A stretch of DNA of 32,000 bases from an uncultured archaeon. Lineage in GTDB: Archaea > Asgardarchaeota > Thorarchaeia > Thorarchaeales > Thorarchaeaceae. The stretch is taken from contig CAZYLT010000018.1 in assembly GCA_964648855.1 (NCBI GenBank), forward strand, positions 4,179-36,178, in the 5' to 3' direction. The position numbers and the translations under genes were made by a program. The notes below the pieces were generated by a model. The model made no database searches and had not been told where the DNA came from. It worked only from the letters and a program-made list of their open reading frames with translations. Below, piece after piece: positions 8,173 to 17,165 of this stretch (position 1 is its first letter; every line of letters begins with the position of its first letter).

Positions 8173-10188
8173 TCAAAGCTCCTCGAAATAAACCCTCAAT
8201 AGCTCTGCAACGTTTCTTGCTCGAGAAACAACTCCGCGATCTCTATGAGGCTTCGACCCGTCAAACATATCTGAGATAGTGCCCAAGCATCCATCGCTAA
8301 CAGCGTTTAAGACAGGCCTGAAAATCTCTTTCTCAGCATAGGCTTTGTTTTCAGGTGTCCTACCTTTCACATTCAAGTATGCTGAGATATATGGACCGAT
8401 AAGCCATGGATGAACGGTTCCCTGGTGTGTTGCACCCGCCCTAGACTTTGGTCCACCAGTTAGTGCACGCGAATATCGTTTGTCCTTCGGGGATAATGTT
8501 CGCAATCCGTACGGTGTTAGAAGCTCATCAGTAACAATTTCAAGGACAGACTCAGCCTCTTCAGTTTCGAGTAATGGATAGGGCAAGCTGAGAGCAATCA
8601 CTTGATTTGGCCGTATCGAGTCGTCTTTCTTTTCGTCAGAAACTACGTCGTATAGATACCCTAGCTCATCATTCCAAAAGGATTGAACAAAAGCTTCTCG
8701 TATCCAAGATGCGACTGCTTTATACTCGTATGGGTCTCTTCCGATTAGCTCACACATATCACCCATTGCCATTAAACAATTGAACCACAGTGCATTAATT
8801 TCTACACACTTGCCAATTCTGGGAGTAGCACACCAATTACCAAAATGCTCATTCATCCATGTGACTTCAACCCCTTCTATTCCCGAACAGATGAGACCAT
8901 CATGGTCTTCGTGAATGTTGAATTTGGTTCCAATTCTATATGCTGCTATTATGGATTCCATTGTCTCCCAAATGATGCCCCGGAGGAATTCGGTATCATT
9001 TGTGGCGTCAAGATATTTCTTAACCGCCATAATGAACCAGAGAGAGGCGTCAACGCTATCATATTCGGGCTGAAAGCCACGCACAGGGAAGTCGTTGGCT
9101 ATCAGTCCGTACCGCGAATAGCGAGCATAGGTTGTTAGGATTTCTCTTGCATCTTGAAATCGTGAGATTGCAACAGTCAGCCCGGGAAGAGCAATCATGG
9201 CATCTAACCCGATATCGACCAATTCATGGTAGCCCGCTATCACTGACTTCCTGCCTGTAGTTGCACGGTCAACTATGAATGTGTCAGCATTGTATACCAG
9301 CCATTCAATATCTTCGTCCCGAGGTTTCGGAGAGAGATTATACGCCCGGTCATTCAGAACCTTCCTTCTCCTCAATTCATCGAATCGTAATTTCGCGAAG
9401 TCCTTTCGTTCTGCTTTGGCTAGCTTTCCCAAACTCTTCATGAGCCCCTTTCTAGTCTGGCCTGTGGCGAAAAGGAAAGATAAATAGTGCTCACCGGGCT
9501 TCAGGACCGTATGGAACACGCCGGGGATATACAACTCTTCTTTATGGTCCAAGCCCTTGGACTTATTCTTCCGATATATCTGCTGGTCAGTGACCTTGAT
9601 TTCTGATGGCATGAATTCAGCATCAGGCGTGTAACCAAATACCCATGGGCTCTGTTCACGGTCATCGAAAGCAAGGTATGAATTAGGGCTCATGGCCTCT
9701 GCTTGCGGAGTAAAATCAAGATGGGGCCTAAGACGATCAAGAGGCCTACAAGTGTGAAATGGCGTTACAGTTAGAACAGTTTCCTCTGTATTTGTCAACT
9801 CATAATTGATAGCAGTCAGATTTCGCCGATATGCCATGAATACTGTCTTGGTGACCTTCACACAATCAGTAGAATATGTCATGGTAGGCAACGGATTCAA
9901 TACGAAGCTGTCCATCTGCCTATAGCCACGTTGCTTGGTTCCTCCCGCTTGATGCGCAGTACTCAGATTGCAGGTATCCTCTGATGTTGCTAAGACTTCA
10001 TCAACTCGGGATAGTGTCATCCACCTGTTAACTGGTGGATTCAGTGATGCTACAAGGAGACCATGATGACTTCGTGTATTCATGCCAACAATTGTGGATG
10101 ATGCATAGCCGCCAAGTCCATTGGTGTATAACCACTCAAAGGTCATGGCTCTATTCAGTCTCAGATCAGTACCTTCAAGCAATATCAC
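8173..10188 (-). CDS. Archaeal-type glycogen debranching enzyme / amylo-alpha-1,6-glucosidase homologue (GDE_N + GDE_C) with altered active-site motifs
   Basis: Motifs EWLYTNGLGGYASST, HGLLVA, SVIAGY, YDSVDASLWF, GKCVEINALW, IRPNQ, LLTPYGLRTLSP and HQGTVHPWL. Start placed at GTG 10188 because the longer ORF overlaps the divergent MFS gene. Confidence 0.85.
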   Translation of the reverse strand: MILLEGTDLRLNRAMTFEWLYTNGLGGYASSTIVGMNTRSHHGLLVASLNPPVNRWMTLSRVDEVLATSEDTCNLSTAHQAGGTKQRGYRQMDSFVLNPLPTMTYSTDCVKVTKTVFMAYRRNLTAINYELTNTEETVLTVTPFHTCRPLDRLRPHLDFTPQAEAMSPNSYLAFDDREQSPWVFGYTPDAEFMPSEIKVTDQQIYRKNKSKGLDHKEELYIPGVFHTVLKPGEHYLSFLFATGQTRKGLMKSLGKLAKAERKDFAKLRFDELRRRKVLNDRAYNLSPKPRDEDIEWLVYNADTFIVDRATTGRKSVIAGYHELVDIGLDAMIALPGLTVAISRFQDAREILTTYARYSRYGLIANDFPVRGFQPEYDSVDASLWFIMAVKKYLDATNDTEFLRGIIWETMESIIAAYRIGTKFNIHEDHDGLICSGIEGVEVTWMNEHFGNWCATPRIGKCVEINALWFNCLMAMGDMCELIGRDPYEYKAVASWIREAFVQSFWNDELGYLYDVVSDEKKDDSIRPNQVIALSLPYPLLETEEAESVLEIVTDELLTPYGLRTLSPKDKRYSRALTGGPKSRAGATHQGTVHPWLIGPYISAYLNVKGRTPENKAYAEKEIFRPVLNAVSDGCLGTISDMFDGSKPHRDRGVVSRARNVAELLRVYFEEL

Positions 10189-10331
10189 TGTGGTTGTCTC
10201 ATGAATTGATTCTTGATTCAGGCATCTAAACTTCTCCACTTTAAGGCTTGTGTGATAATCGATAGACGTTGAGGGATACGGTCTTAAGCCACTAATACCC
10301 GGACAGACTCCGTGCAAAGAGGCAGACCGTA

Positions 10332-11579
10332 ATGACGCCCGATGATGAAATCCATAGACACTCGCCAGTTTATGAATTACAAGTAGGTTTGCCACAAAGA
10401 CGCATAGCGGGTCTACCCCTTGACTTGTGGAGGCTAGCAATCGTCATTGGCATCGCACAGTTCTCCATGAGCATTTGGTCATGGCAATTTGGAATATTCA
10501 TGGCTGAAATAATCGAGCCTTGGCAAATGGGGTTCACGTTCTCTCTAGCAACTGCAGCAGCAATAATTGGGCTTCCAGCTTCAGGTATAGTCGCAGATAT
10601 GATTGGTCGCCGTCGCACGTTTGCAGTAGCATTAGTACCAATAATCATTGGACTGATTTGCATGTATTTGATGCCGATATGGCCTCTTATCCCGATCTTC
10701 TACGCTGTTGTCAGCTTCGGATGGAGCTTTGTCATTATTACGGCTAGAGCTGCACCAGCTGATCAGCTGGTCGAGGATGAGGGGAAGGATTCTGCAAAAG
10801 TATTCACCATGATGTTGTTTCCAGCACTTGCTGTAGATGGTATAAGTCCAATCGTTGCATCAGTAATGCTGTTTCTAGGCTTTGAAGCAAGATTGCTGCT
10901 ACTTGCTGGCGGTGTGGGTGCAGTCATTGCTTTGGTTTCTGTTCTTCTCTTCGTGCGAGAAACTCTGCGAGAAGATATTCAGATGGCTGCACGAAAAGGC
11001 CCAACATTCAGTCCTAAGCAATTGGGTAAGAATTTCTGGAAGTTGGCTGCGGGGCTGCTAATCCATTATTTTGCCTTTAATTTGGCTTTTCCATATCTAG
11101 GCAATTTGGCAGTTGAAGAATGGAACATCTCTCCTTCATTTTATGGGTTGACATGGAGTGCTAGTTCACTAACCACAGCCGGCCTGATTCTGGTCATGGG
11201 AGGCTTGGCTGACAAAAGGCTGAAGCTCGGACTCGTTACTGCTCTACTATGTAACTCAATTATTATGATTTGGCTTTACTCCCAGACAGGTTTCATCTCA
11301 TTCTTGTTGATAATGATTTTCTGGTCATTTCCGATTGTGTTGTGGATAGGAGCTGAAAATAGTCTCATAGTTGAGGGAGTATCCGAAGAAATGAAAGGCC
11401 GAGCGCTCAGTACATTTAGAGTTATTATGAGCTCCTCCGGTCTTATAGCAGCAAATGTGGGCGCGTGGATTTGGTCAACTACCGGCAGCTTGAGATTCCT
11501 TTGGTTTGTGGCGGGAGTTGTTTCGGCTGTATCTATACTCACTGTTTCAATATCTCTCAAGAGCATCAGGCTATCTTAG
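10332..11579 (+). CDS. MFS transporter
   Basis: About 12 hydrophobic helices. Motif A GIVADMIGRRR, its repeat GGLADKR, and the VSEEMKGRA loop. Confidence 0.9.
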   Translation: MTPDDEIHRHSPVYELQVGLPQRRIAGLPLDLWRLAIVIGIAQFSMSIWSWQFGIFMAEIIEPWQMGFTFSLATAAAIIGLPASGIVADMIGRRRTFAVALVPIIIGLICMYLMPIWPLIPIFYAVVSFGWSFVIITARAAPADQLVEDEGKDSAKVFTMMLFPALAVDGISPIVASVMLFLGFEARLLLLAGGVGAVIALVSVLLFVRETLREDIQMAARKGPTFSPKQLGKNFWKLAAGLLIHYFAFNLAFPYLGNLAVEEWNISPSFYGLTWSASSLTTAGLILVMGGLADKRLKLGLVTALLCNSIIMIWLYSQTGFISFLLIMIFWSFPIVLWIGAENSLIVEGVSEEMKGRALSTFRVIMSSSGLIAANVGAWIWSTTGSLRFLWFVAGVVSAVSILTVSISLKSIRLS

Positions 11580-11611
11580 ACAAACCACTGATGAAGACTC
11601 AGTGCCCAGAT

Positions 11612-12340
11612 TCATGACTCTTCCCTGATCTTATCAATGTCGTGGATGTCAGACATTTCACCCAAGAGATGCCCAGCTCGGTCCTTTTTTGTTTCCAGAT
11701 AGAATTCATTGTATTCCGTTGGTTTCATTATTAAGGGCACCCTTTCAGTAATCTCGACTCCATGACTCTCAAGCTGTTTGATTTTTTCCGGATTATTTGT
11801 GAGCAATCGTATTGATTTCACATGCAGAGTTTTAAGAATGTGAGCTGCAATTCCGTAGTCACGCTCGTCTGGCTGCCAGCCTAGGATGAGATTGGCATCG
11901 ACAGTATCGTAGCCTTGATCCTGCAGTGCATAGGCTTTGATTTTCTCGGAGAGGCCAATGTTTCTTCCTTCCTGTCGGAGATACAATAATACGCCTTCGC
12001 CCTCTTCCTGTATCTGTTTCAATGATTCGAGAAGCTGATCCCGGCAGTCGCATCGCTTGGACCCCATGACATCGCCCGTAAGGCATTCTGAGTGTACGCG
12101 TACAAGAACATCCGCCTTATCAATGATGTCACCCTTGATTATAGCTGTGTGTTCTTTTCCATCACAGGGGCTCACTAACCCGCATACCTGGAATGTGCCA
12201 AATCTGCTAGGTAGGTCTGCAATCGCCACCAGTTGCACACAGCACTCGTAAGGATCGCATTGATGATGCTTACTTTCCTCTAGAAGTGCCTTGATTTGGT
12301 CATCCGATAATTTCGTTTCTTCCTGTGTTTTGGATGTCAT
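11612..12340 (-). CDS. ribA: GTP cyclohydrolase II
   Basis: Motifs [30 protein letters not shown] (Zn Cys), [37 protein letters not shown] and YL.TK....GH. Confidence 0.95.
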   Translation of the reverse strand: MTSKTQEETKLSDDQIKALLEESKHHQCDPYECCVQLVAIADLPSRFGTFQVCGLVSPCDGKEHTAIIKGDIIDKADVLVRVHSECLTGDVMGSKRCDCRDQLLESLKQIQEEGEGVLLYLRQEGRNIGLSEKIKAYALQDQGYDTVDANLILGWQPDERDYGIAAHILKTLHVKSIRLLTNNPEKIKQLESHGVEITERVPLIMKPTEYNEFYLETKKDRAGHLLGEMSDIHDIDKIREES

Positions 12341-12424
12341 TAAATGTGCCCCGAGTTATTGAGCATTCAGTTTCTCAAGTGTGGTCTGAGATTCAATCAC
12401 TGAGCTTCTCCTATGGCTCATTTT

Positions 12425-12476
12425 GTGTCGTTCTTTAAGGTTGCGTTCCGACACTTCGAAATTGCTATATGTGTCG
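12425..12476. promoter_or_regulatory. Putative operator in the divergent ribA/frhB promoter: three GTGTCG/CGACAC half-sites
   Basis: GTGTCG at 12425-12430, CGACAC at 12449-12454 and GTGTCG at 12471-12476, with TATA-like TTTAAG and CTATAT between them. Confidence 0.35.
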
Positions 12477-12560
12477 AAACAACGGATTCTTTCAGAATTC
12501 TTGGAGAATTGCAGAGTGACCCCTGATATTGACAAGAGCCTAGAACGAAGCCAGCGCTGG

Positions 12561-13586
12561 TTGAAACAGAATATCAAACGTTATGCGTTCAAGAAGCTTG
12601 AGAGAGAAATTATCAAGACCGGTGTGTGTACCGAATGCGGAACCTGTGTTGCAAATTGTCCCGTCGATGCCATTTCCGGACTTCGTGAAGAGAACAAGTA
12701 TGTTCCCAAGCTGACAGGGAAGTGCATCGCATGCGGAATCTGTTACGAAATGTGTCCACGCACCGTTACACTCTCAGAGGACCTCATAGGTAACTACCGG
12801 AGTGCTTGGAAAGCGAGATCAGTTGACTTGGAAGGGAATAAACAGGATGGAGGCGTTGTATCAGCATTACTGTATTATGCCTTGAAGGAGGATATCATCG
12901 ACGCTGCTGTAGCGGCATGTCAATCGAAAGAAACTCCATGGATTCCTGAAGCGACAACGATCATCAAGCCAGATAGGGCTCTAGAATGTGCAGGAACAAT
13001 TTACACTCATGCTCCAATTGTTGATGAGTTGATGAATGCTCTTAGAGAAGGCAATTCGGCAGTCGCTGTAGTTGGGACTTCGTGCAATTTGGATGGCATA
13101 ACGCAACTCCAAAAGCACCCGGGTGGAACGCTAAATACCGATTTGAGGACATCAGTATTGAAGATTGGTCTCTTCTGTATGGAATCCTTTGACTACAACG
13201 GGCTGGTTGATTTTCTCAAAACTAACAAAGTGGATATCAAAGATGTACGCAGGATGGCCATAGCCAAAGGGAAATTCAAGGTGTTCATGGATAACAGTGA
13301 GAAAGAGTGGCCAGTATCCGACCTCGATTCGATTGCCTCGACCTCCTGTTCCTACTGTCACGACCTCACAACAAAGAAGTCAGACATATCATGTGGAAAC
13401 ATTGGGTCCGGCGCAGGATGGACGACAGTACTCGTTCGTACAGAGAGAGGTGAACATCTCTTTCAAGAAGCTGTTGATTCAGGTGTTATTGAGGCAGAGC
13501 CTTTAGAAGAAAAGCCAATACAGATTATCATTAATGTCGCTCGTTTGAAAGCGATGAGATACTACAGCATGGAACCAAGCCATTAG
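12561..13586 (+). CDS. Coenzyme F420 hydrogenase/dehydrogenase beta subunit family protein (FrhB/FdhB/FpoF-like) with an N-terminal 2x[4Fe-4S] ferredoxin domain
   Basis: Motifs CTECGTCVANCP, CIACGICYEMCP, QDGGVVSALL, AG..Y, VGTSC, IGLFCMESF, C.YC.D...SDISCG.IGS..GWTTVLVRTERG. Start placed at TTG 12561 (uncertain). Confidence 0.9.
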   Translation: MKQNIKRYAFKKLEREIIKTGVCTECGTCVANCPVDAISGLREENKYVPKLTGKCIACGICYEMCPRTVTLSEDLIGNYRSAWKARSVDLEGNKQDGGVVSALLYYALKEDIIDAAVAACQSKETPWIPEATTIIKPDRALECAGTIYTHAPIVDELMNALREGNSAVAVVGTSCNLDGITQLQKHPGGTLNTDLRTSVLKIGLFCMESFDYNGLVDFLKTNKVDIKDVRRMAIAKGKFKVFMDNSEKEWPVSDLDSIASTSCSYCHDLTTKKSDISCGNIGSGAGWTTVLVRTERGEHLFQEAVDSGVIEAEPLEEKPIQIIINVARLKAMRYYSMEPSH

Positions 13587-13648
13587 TATCGCTCTAGTCA
13601 GTATTTGGTCTTCTTCGTTGCCCTTTCAGATGGAATCTAAGTTACTAT

Positions 13649-14185
13649 ATGGAAACAGAGTGGCGCATCATGCACATACTACTAACAGGAAGACCAGGAA
13701 TAGGGAAGTCGACAGCTATAGAGAAGATCATCCAATCCATTGGCAAAGACAAAGTTGGAGGGTTCCTATCGCGTGAGATACGTGAACAAGGAACCAGAAA
13801 GGGATTTGCAATAGTAACTCTAGACGGACAAGATGGGGTCCTAGCTCATGTTGAAAGAAAAAACGGACCTCAAGTTGGGAAGTACCGAGTAAATGTGAAA
13901 GACATTGAGAATATTGCCATTCCCTCACTCAGGAGGGCAAGAATGCAGGGCAAGCTAATTGTCATTGATGAAATAGCGTCGATGGAACTGAAGGCCGAGA
14001 TGTTCAGAGATGAGGTATTGAGCTGCCTAAAGGAAGGGCGGGTCTTGGCAACTATTCAAAACAGACGAGGGGATTTCTTGGATTTACTAAAAAATAGAGA
14101 GGATACCAAAGTCATTGTTCTCACCACAAGAAACAGAGATGAAGTGCCAACCAGAGTGCTAAAGATTCTCCAGTACAGTGATTGA
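13649..14185 (+). CDS. Nucleoside-triphosphatase, THEP1/NTPCR family
   Basis: Motifs ILLTGRPGIGKST, GGF...EIRE.G.RKGF, VGKYRVN and LIVIDEIASME. The start may be ATG 13670. Confidence 0.92.
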   Translation: METEWRIMHILLTGRPGIGKSTAIEKIIQSIGKDKVGGFLSREIREQGTRKGFAIVTLDGQDGVLAHVERKNGPQVGKYRVNVKDIENIAIPSLRRARMQGKLIVIDEIASMELKAEMFRDEVLSCLKEGRVLATIQNRRGDFLDLLKNREDTKVIVLTTRNRDEVPTRVLKILQYSD

Positions 14186-15946
14186 CTACTTCGTCTTTGT
14201 TCTGAAGTAGATGGAAAGGACAACTAATCCAGCAAGGGCCCCCAGAACAAGCATGCCGGCCCATAAGAGAGGTGGGGTGGTATTTCTTTGTAATGAGGTT
14301 ACTCGATGTTCAAACCATTCGGTTGTTCTGTTCAGATTGACCGACGAGTTATCAATGGCGATAATTCGGTAGTAGACTGTTGAACCGTGTGTATATTCGC
14401 CGAGATGTGCCAAGTACAAATCGTTCGCAAAGAGAGTCATGTTCTGTTCTAGAACCGTTTCATTGGTATCTGTATATGTTTCAACAACTATAGAACTTAT
14501 GTTGTTAATATCCCAGCAGTAGGCCTGAACGGTCAGGTTATTTGTTGATACTGTGGTGTGTGATTCCAGAATAGCTATCTCCGAAACAGTTGGAGGGTGC
14601 GTGTCAGGAGTAACAGTGACAACAACTATGTCTATCGATGTCTGATTGAAGAAATCGACAAGGGTTAGGTTGTAGGTATATTCGCCGACTGCCAGACCAT
14701 CAATGGATATACTGATATTTTCTCCCCTCCAAGTTCCATTAAGCAATACCGCTCCATCTCTTGTGAGGTTGTACGTTTTTGGATTATTCTCTTCAGCGGA
14801 CCAGTTTAGGCTATTGTCGGTATAGCCTTCTTCGTAGCTATAGTCGTCTAAATTGTCTATGACTGGTGCCCTCAAATCCTCGTAGACAGTCACATTCACC
14901 GTGTCAGATGTGTTGTAACCAAAGACGTCGAATAGTGTGAGTGTAAACGAGTAATTTCCGAGGTAGATATAGTCTACCGAGAATGTAATATTCTCGCCTT
15001 CAGGCGCGTCGAAGGTCCATTCTTGGAGGGTAATATTGTCAGGAGGCCCATGAACTTTAGATAGATTCCCATAAGTTGTATTATAGTAGAGAATTAGTAC
15101 TTCTAAGCTATAGTTTGCAGGATTGCTATCGTAAGCATGCCAAGATATCTTGTTACCCTCAGCCCCAAATTCGTATGAGATATCATCAGGAGAGGATACA
15201 ACGGGCGCTGTTAAATCCTGAAATACAGTCACATTGATTGAGCTTGTTGAATTGTAACCCCTTGTGTCATTCACAAAGAGGGTGAAGAGATACCAGTGTG
15301 ATGCATTGAGGCCATCAACATTGAGAGTGAAATTTGAACCATCCCAATCTCCGTTATCGAGTACTGTAAAGTTGCTTGTTGTTTCATTCGATTGACGAGT
15401 TATGTTGAAGAAATCTGGATTCGTTTCTATGACAGTCCAATTTATGGTGTGCCCGAAACTACCAACCTCATAGGAGTAAGTTTCGTTTGAGAGGACACTG
15501 GGCGTAATGATTGGGGCAGTATCGTCCTGAATAACTGTTACTTCAACGACATCGGATGTGCTTTCATTTGCTTGATTGAAGACCAAGCATTCAAATTCGA
15601 ATTCAGCTGGAAGGGTAGACAACAAGTCACCTTCGTACAATTCATCCAAATCAGCAATAATGAGGTCACCATCCCAAGAACCCGAGTCGAATATTTCGGA
15701 GTCGCGGTATATCGTGTAATTCTTCGGTTCTTCTGCTGTCGCATTCCAAATGATTTCTTCTCCCCGAGAACCGTTTTCATAGGTCAAGTCAGGAGGACTA
15801 TCGATTGAAATTTCTGCAAGCGAAAATCTACTCTGTGACGTAGGTTTCTCGAATTGGGCGGGTAGTGCCATTCCTACATATGGTGAGAAAATAATCCACA
15901 CCAGCATCACAGTAAGTATTAGTTTTCTATTTCGCTTGCGAAACAT
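14186..15946 (-). CDS. Membrane-anchored surface glycoprotein with tandem Ig-like repeats
   Basis: Signal/anchor MFRKRNRKLILTVMLVWIIF (ATG 15946). Four repeats of P....D.sYE.G..g..i.W...e.NP..y.i, many sequons, and a C-terminal TM helix followed by RTKTK. Confidence 0.8.
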   Translation of the reverse strand: MFRKRNRKLILTVMLVWIIFSPYVGMALPAQFEKPTSQSRFSLAEISIDSPPDLTYENGSRGEEIIWNATAEEPKNYTIYRDSEIFDSGSWDGDLIIADLDELYEGDLLSTLPAEFEFECLVFNQANESTSDVVEVTVIQDDTAPIITPSVLSNETYSYEVGSFGHTINWTVIETNPDFFNITRQSNETTSNFTVLDNGDWDGSNFTLNVDGLNASHWYLFTLFVNDTRGYNSTSSINVTVFQDLTAPVVSSPDDISYEFGAEGNKISWHAYDSNPANYSLEVLILYYNTTYGNLSKVHGPPDNITLQEWTFDAPEGENITFSVDYIYLGNYSFTLTLFDVFGYNTSDTVNVTVYEDLRAPVIDNLDDYSYEEGYTDNSLNWSAEENNPKTYNLTRDGAVLLNGTWRGENISISIDGLAVGEYTYNLTLVDFFNQTSIDIVVVTVTPDTHPPTVSEIAILESHTTVSTNNLTVQAYCWDINNISSIVVETYTDTNETVLEQNMTLFANDLYLAHLGEYTHGSTVYYRIIAIDNSSVNLNRTTEWFEHRVTSLQRNTTPPLLWAGMLVLGALAGLVVLSIYFRTKTK

Positions 15947-16165
15947 ATCTGCACTTTCCTCTAATTGCATGTCTTGCGTGCTAGGGCGACGAACCTTGAA
16001 TCGCGGTTTTATACCCTTCGGTGGCCCTATGATTGAACCAATGCCCACTGACATGTTGGAAGGAATGCGCACAGCTGGAATTGGGAATTGCAGTTCATCG
16101 AGGGAATGCTATTAAGGAGAATAAGGATGTTGAGTCTAGCATGCTTATGTGTGTTGGTGAAACTT

Positions 16166-17095
16166 ATGCCAAAGGCCATGTTCGCCATATGGTGGGACGA
16201 TAAACTGGGCCCGCTTGTTGGACGAACCTATCCTCCTGATGCAGAACTGTCTAGTGAGGAAGCCCTTACCATATTTATGAGTCATGGAGTAAAGCAAAAA
16301 GCTGACGTCGGATATACTAAGCTGAAAAAAGGCCTCTTCATTTCATTCATGGAGGAACCGAATTGTATAGCTGTGCTTCTAGATGAAGGTGATGACCAGT
16401 CGGCTATAGAAAGAAATCTTCTGCGTTTGATTCCCACCATAAATTTTTCATCCCGTCAGTGGGACAAGGAAATCAGAAATGCGTTTGAAAGATTGAGCAA
16501 GTTACTTGACCAAAAAACTGGAGAGAGCCTTCTCAAAAGGCCAGCAATAAGAAATATGCTGGAAGATATGTATCAAGGCCGTATCAAAGTTATCAAACCT
16601 CAACACGTTCTATGGGGTATTGCCAAATATCCTACTGCATCCCAGTATCTAGGAGAAACGAGAGAGGAAGTTATCAGAACACTGGAGGATCTCAATCAAG
16701 AGGGAGTCGTGGTAGCCAAGACGTTTGGGAGAAAGGTGCAATGTAAGCAATGTGGCAGTTCTGAAATAACAATTGATTTAGTATGTCCCTCATGCGGCTC
16801 CGATGATATCCATAAAGTATACCAGATATTTTGCCCACACTGTCATGAGCAGTTCCAAGCTGTAATCCCGGATGATCTGGCAGAGATATCCTGCCAAAGG
16901 TGTCATGAGTCGCTTGATGTATCGGACTTAGATGTATCCGAGGTCGAACTGCTTTGCATGGCTTGCCATTCAGCCTCCAACCAACCCCGAATAAAGCCCG
17001 AATGTGCAGTTTGTGGTAAAGAACTGGAACCGATCGATTTGCTTGGAGGCACGGGTTTGGCCTATTATCCGTTTAAGACAAAGAAAGACGACTAG
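16166..17095 (+). CDS. Longin-like domain + winged helix + six CxxC zinc-ribbon motifs (TackOD1-like output domain)
   Basis: N-terminus MFAIWWDDKLGPLVGRTYPP resembles the first strands of uDENN/longin domains. Helix LEDLNQEGVV, then CKQC, CPSC, CPHC, CQRC, CMAC and CAVC. Start placed at ATG 16166. Confidence 0.6.
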   Translation: MPKAMFAIWWDDKLGPLVGRTYPPDAELSSEEALTIFMSHGVKQKADVGYTKLKKGLFISFMEEPNCIAVLLDEGDDQSAIERNLLRLIPTINFSSRQWDKEIRNAFERLSKLLDQKTGESLLKRPAIRNMLEDMYQGRIKVIKPQHVLWGIAKYPTASQYLGETREEVIRTLEDLNQEGVVVAKTFGRKVQCKQCGSSEITIDLVCPSCGSDDIHKVYQIFCPHCHEQFQAVIPDDLAEISCQRCHESLDVSDLDVSEVELLCMACHSASNQPRIKPECAVCGKELEPIDLLGGTGLAYYPFKTKKDD

Positions 17096-17165
17096 TGCTT
17101 ATGGACCCAAAAATCCTGCTTCCAAGAGCAATTCAGTATTCCTCAAATGAGATTGCCTTCGTAGG

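Noticed and set aside
10189-10440. 84-aa N-terminal extension of the debranching enzyme ORF, overlapping the MFS gene
   Set aside because: Family similarity begins near EWLYTNG. The extension crosses the divergent promoter and the MFS start, so it is an artefact of taking the longest ORF.
12561-13586. Selenocysteine read-through in redox genes (Asgard archaea can encode Sec)
   Set aside because: The FrhB-like and AOR frames are full length with Cys at the motif positions, and the TGA stops in the window fall at natural protein ends.
15947-16165. N-terminal extensions of the ORFs at 14186-16072 and 16088-17095
   Set aside because: The signal peptide and the longin-like start lie downstream. 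This interval is better read as a divergent promoter region.
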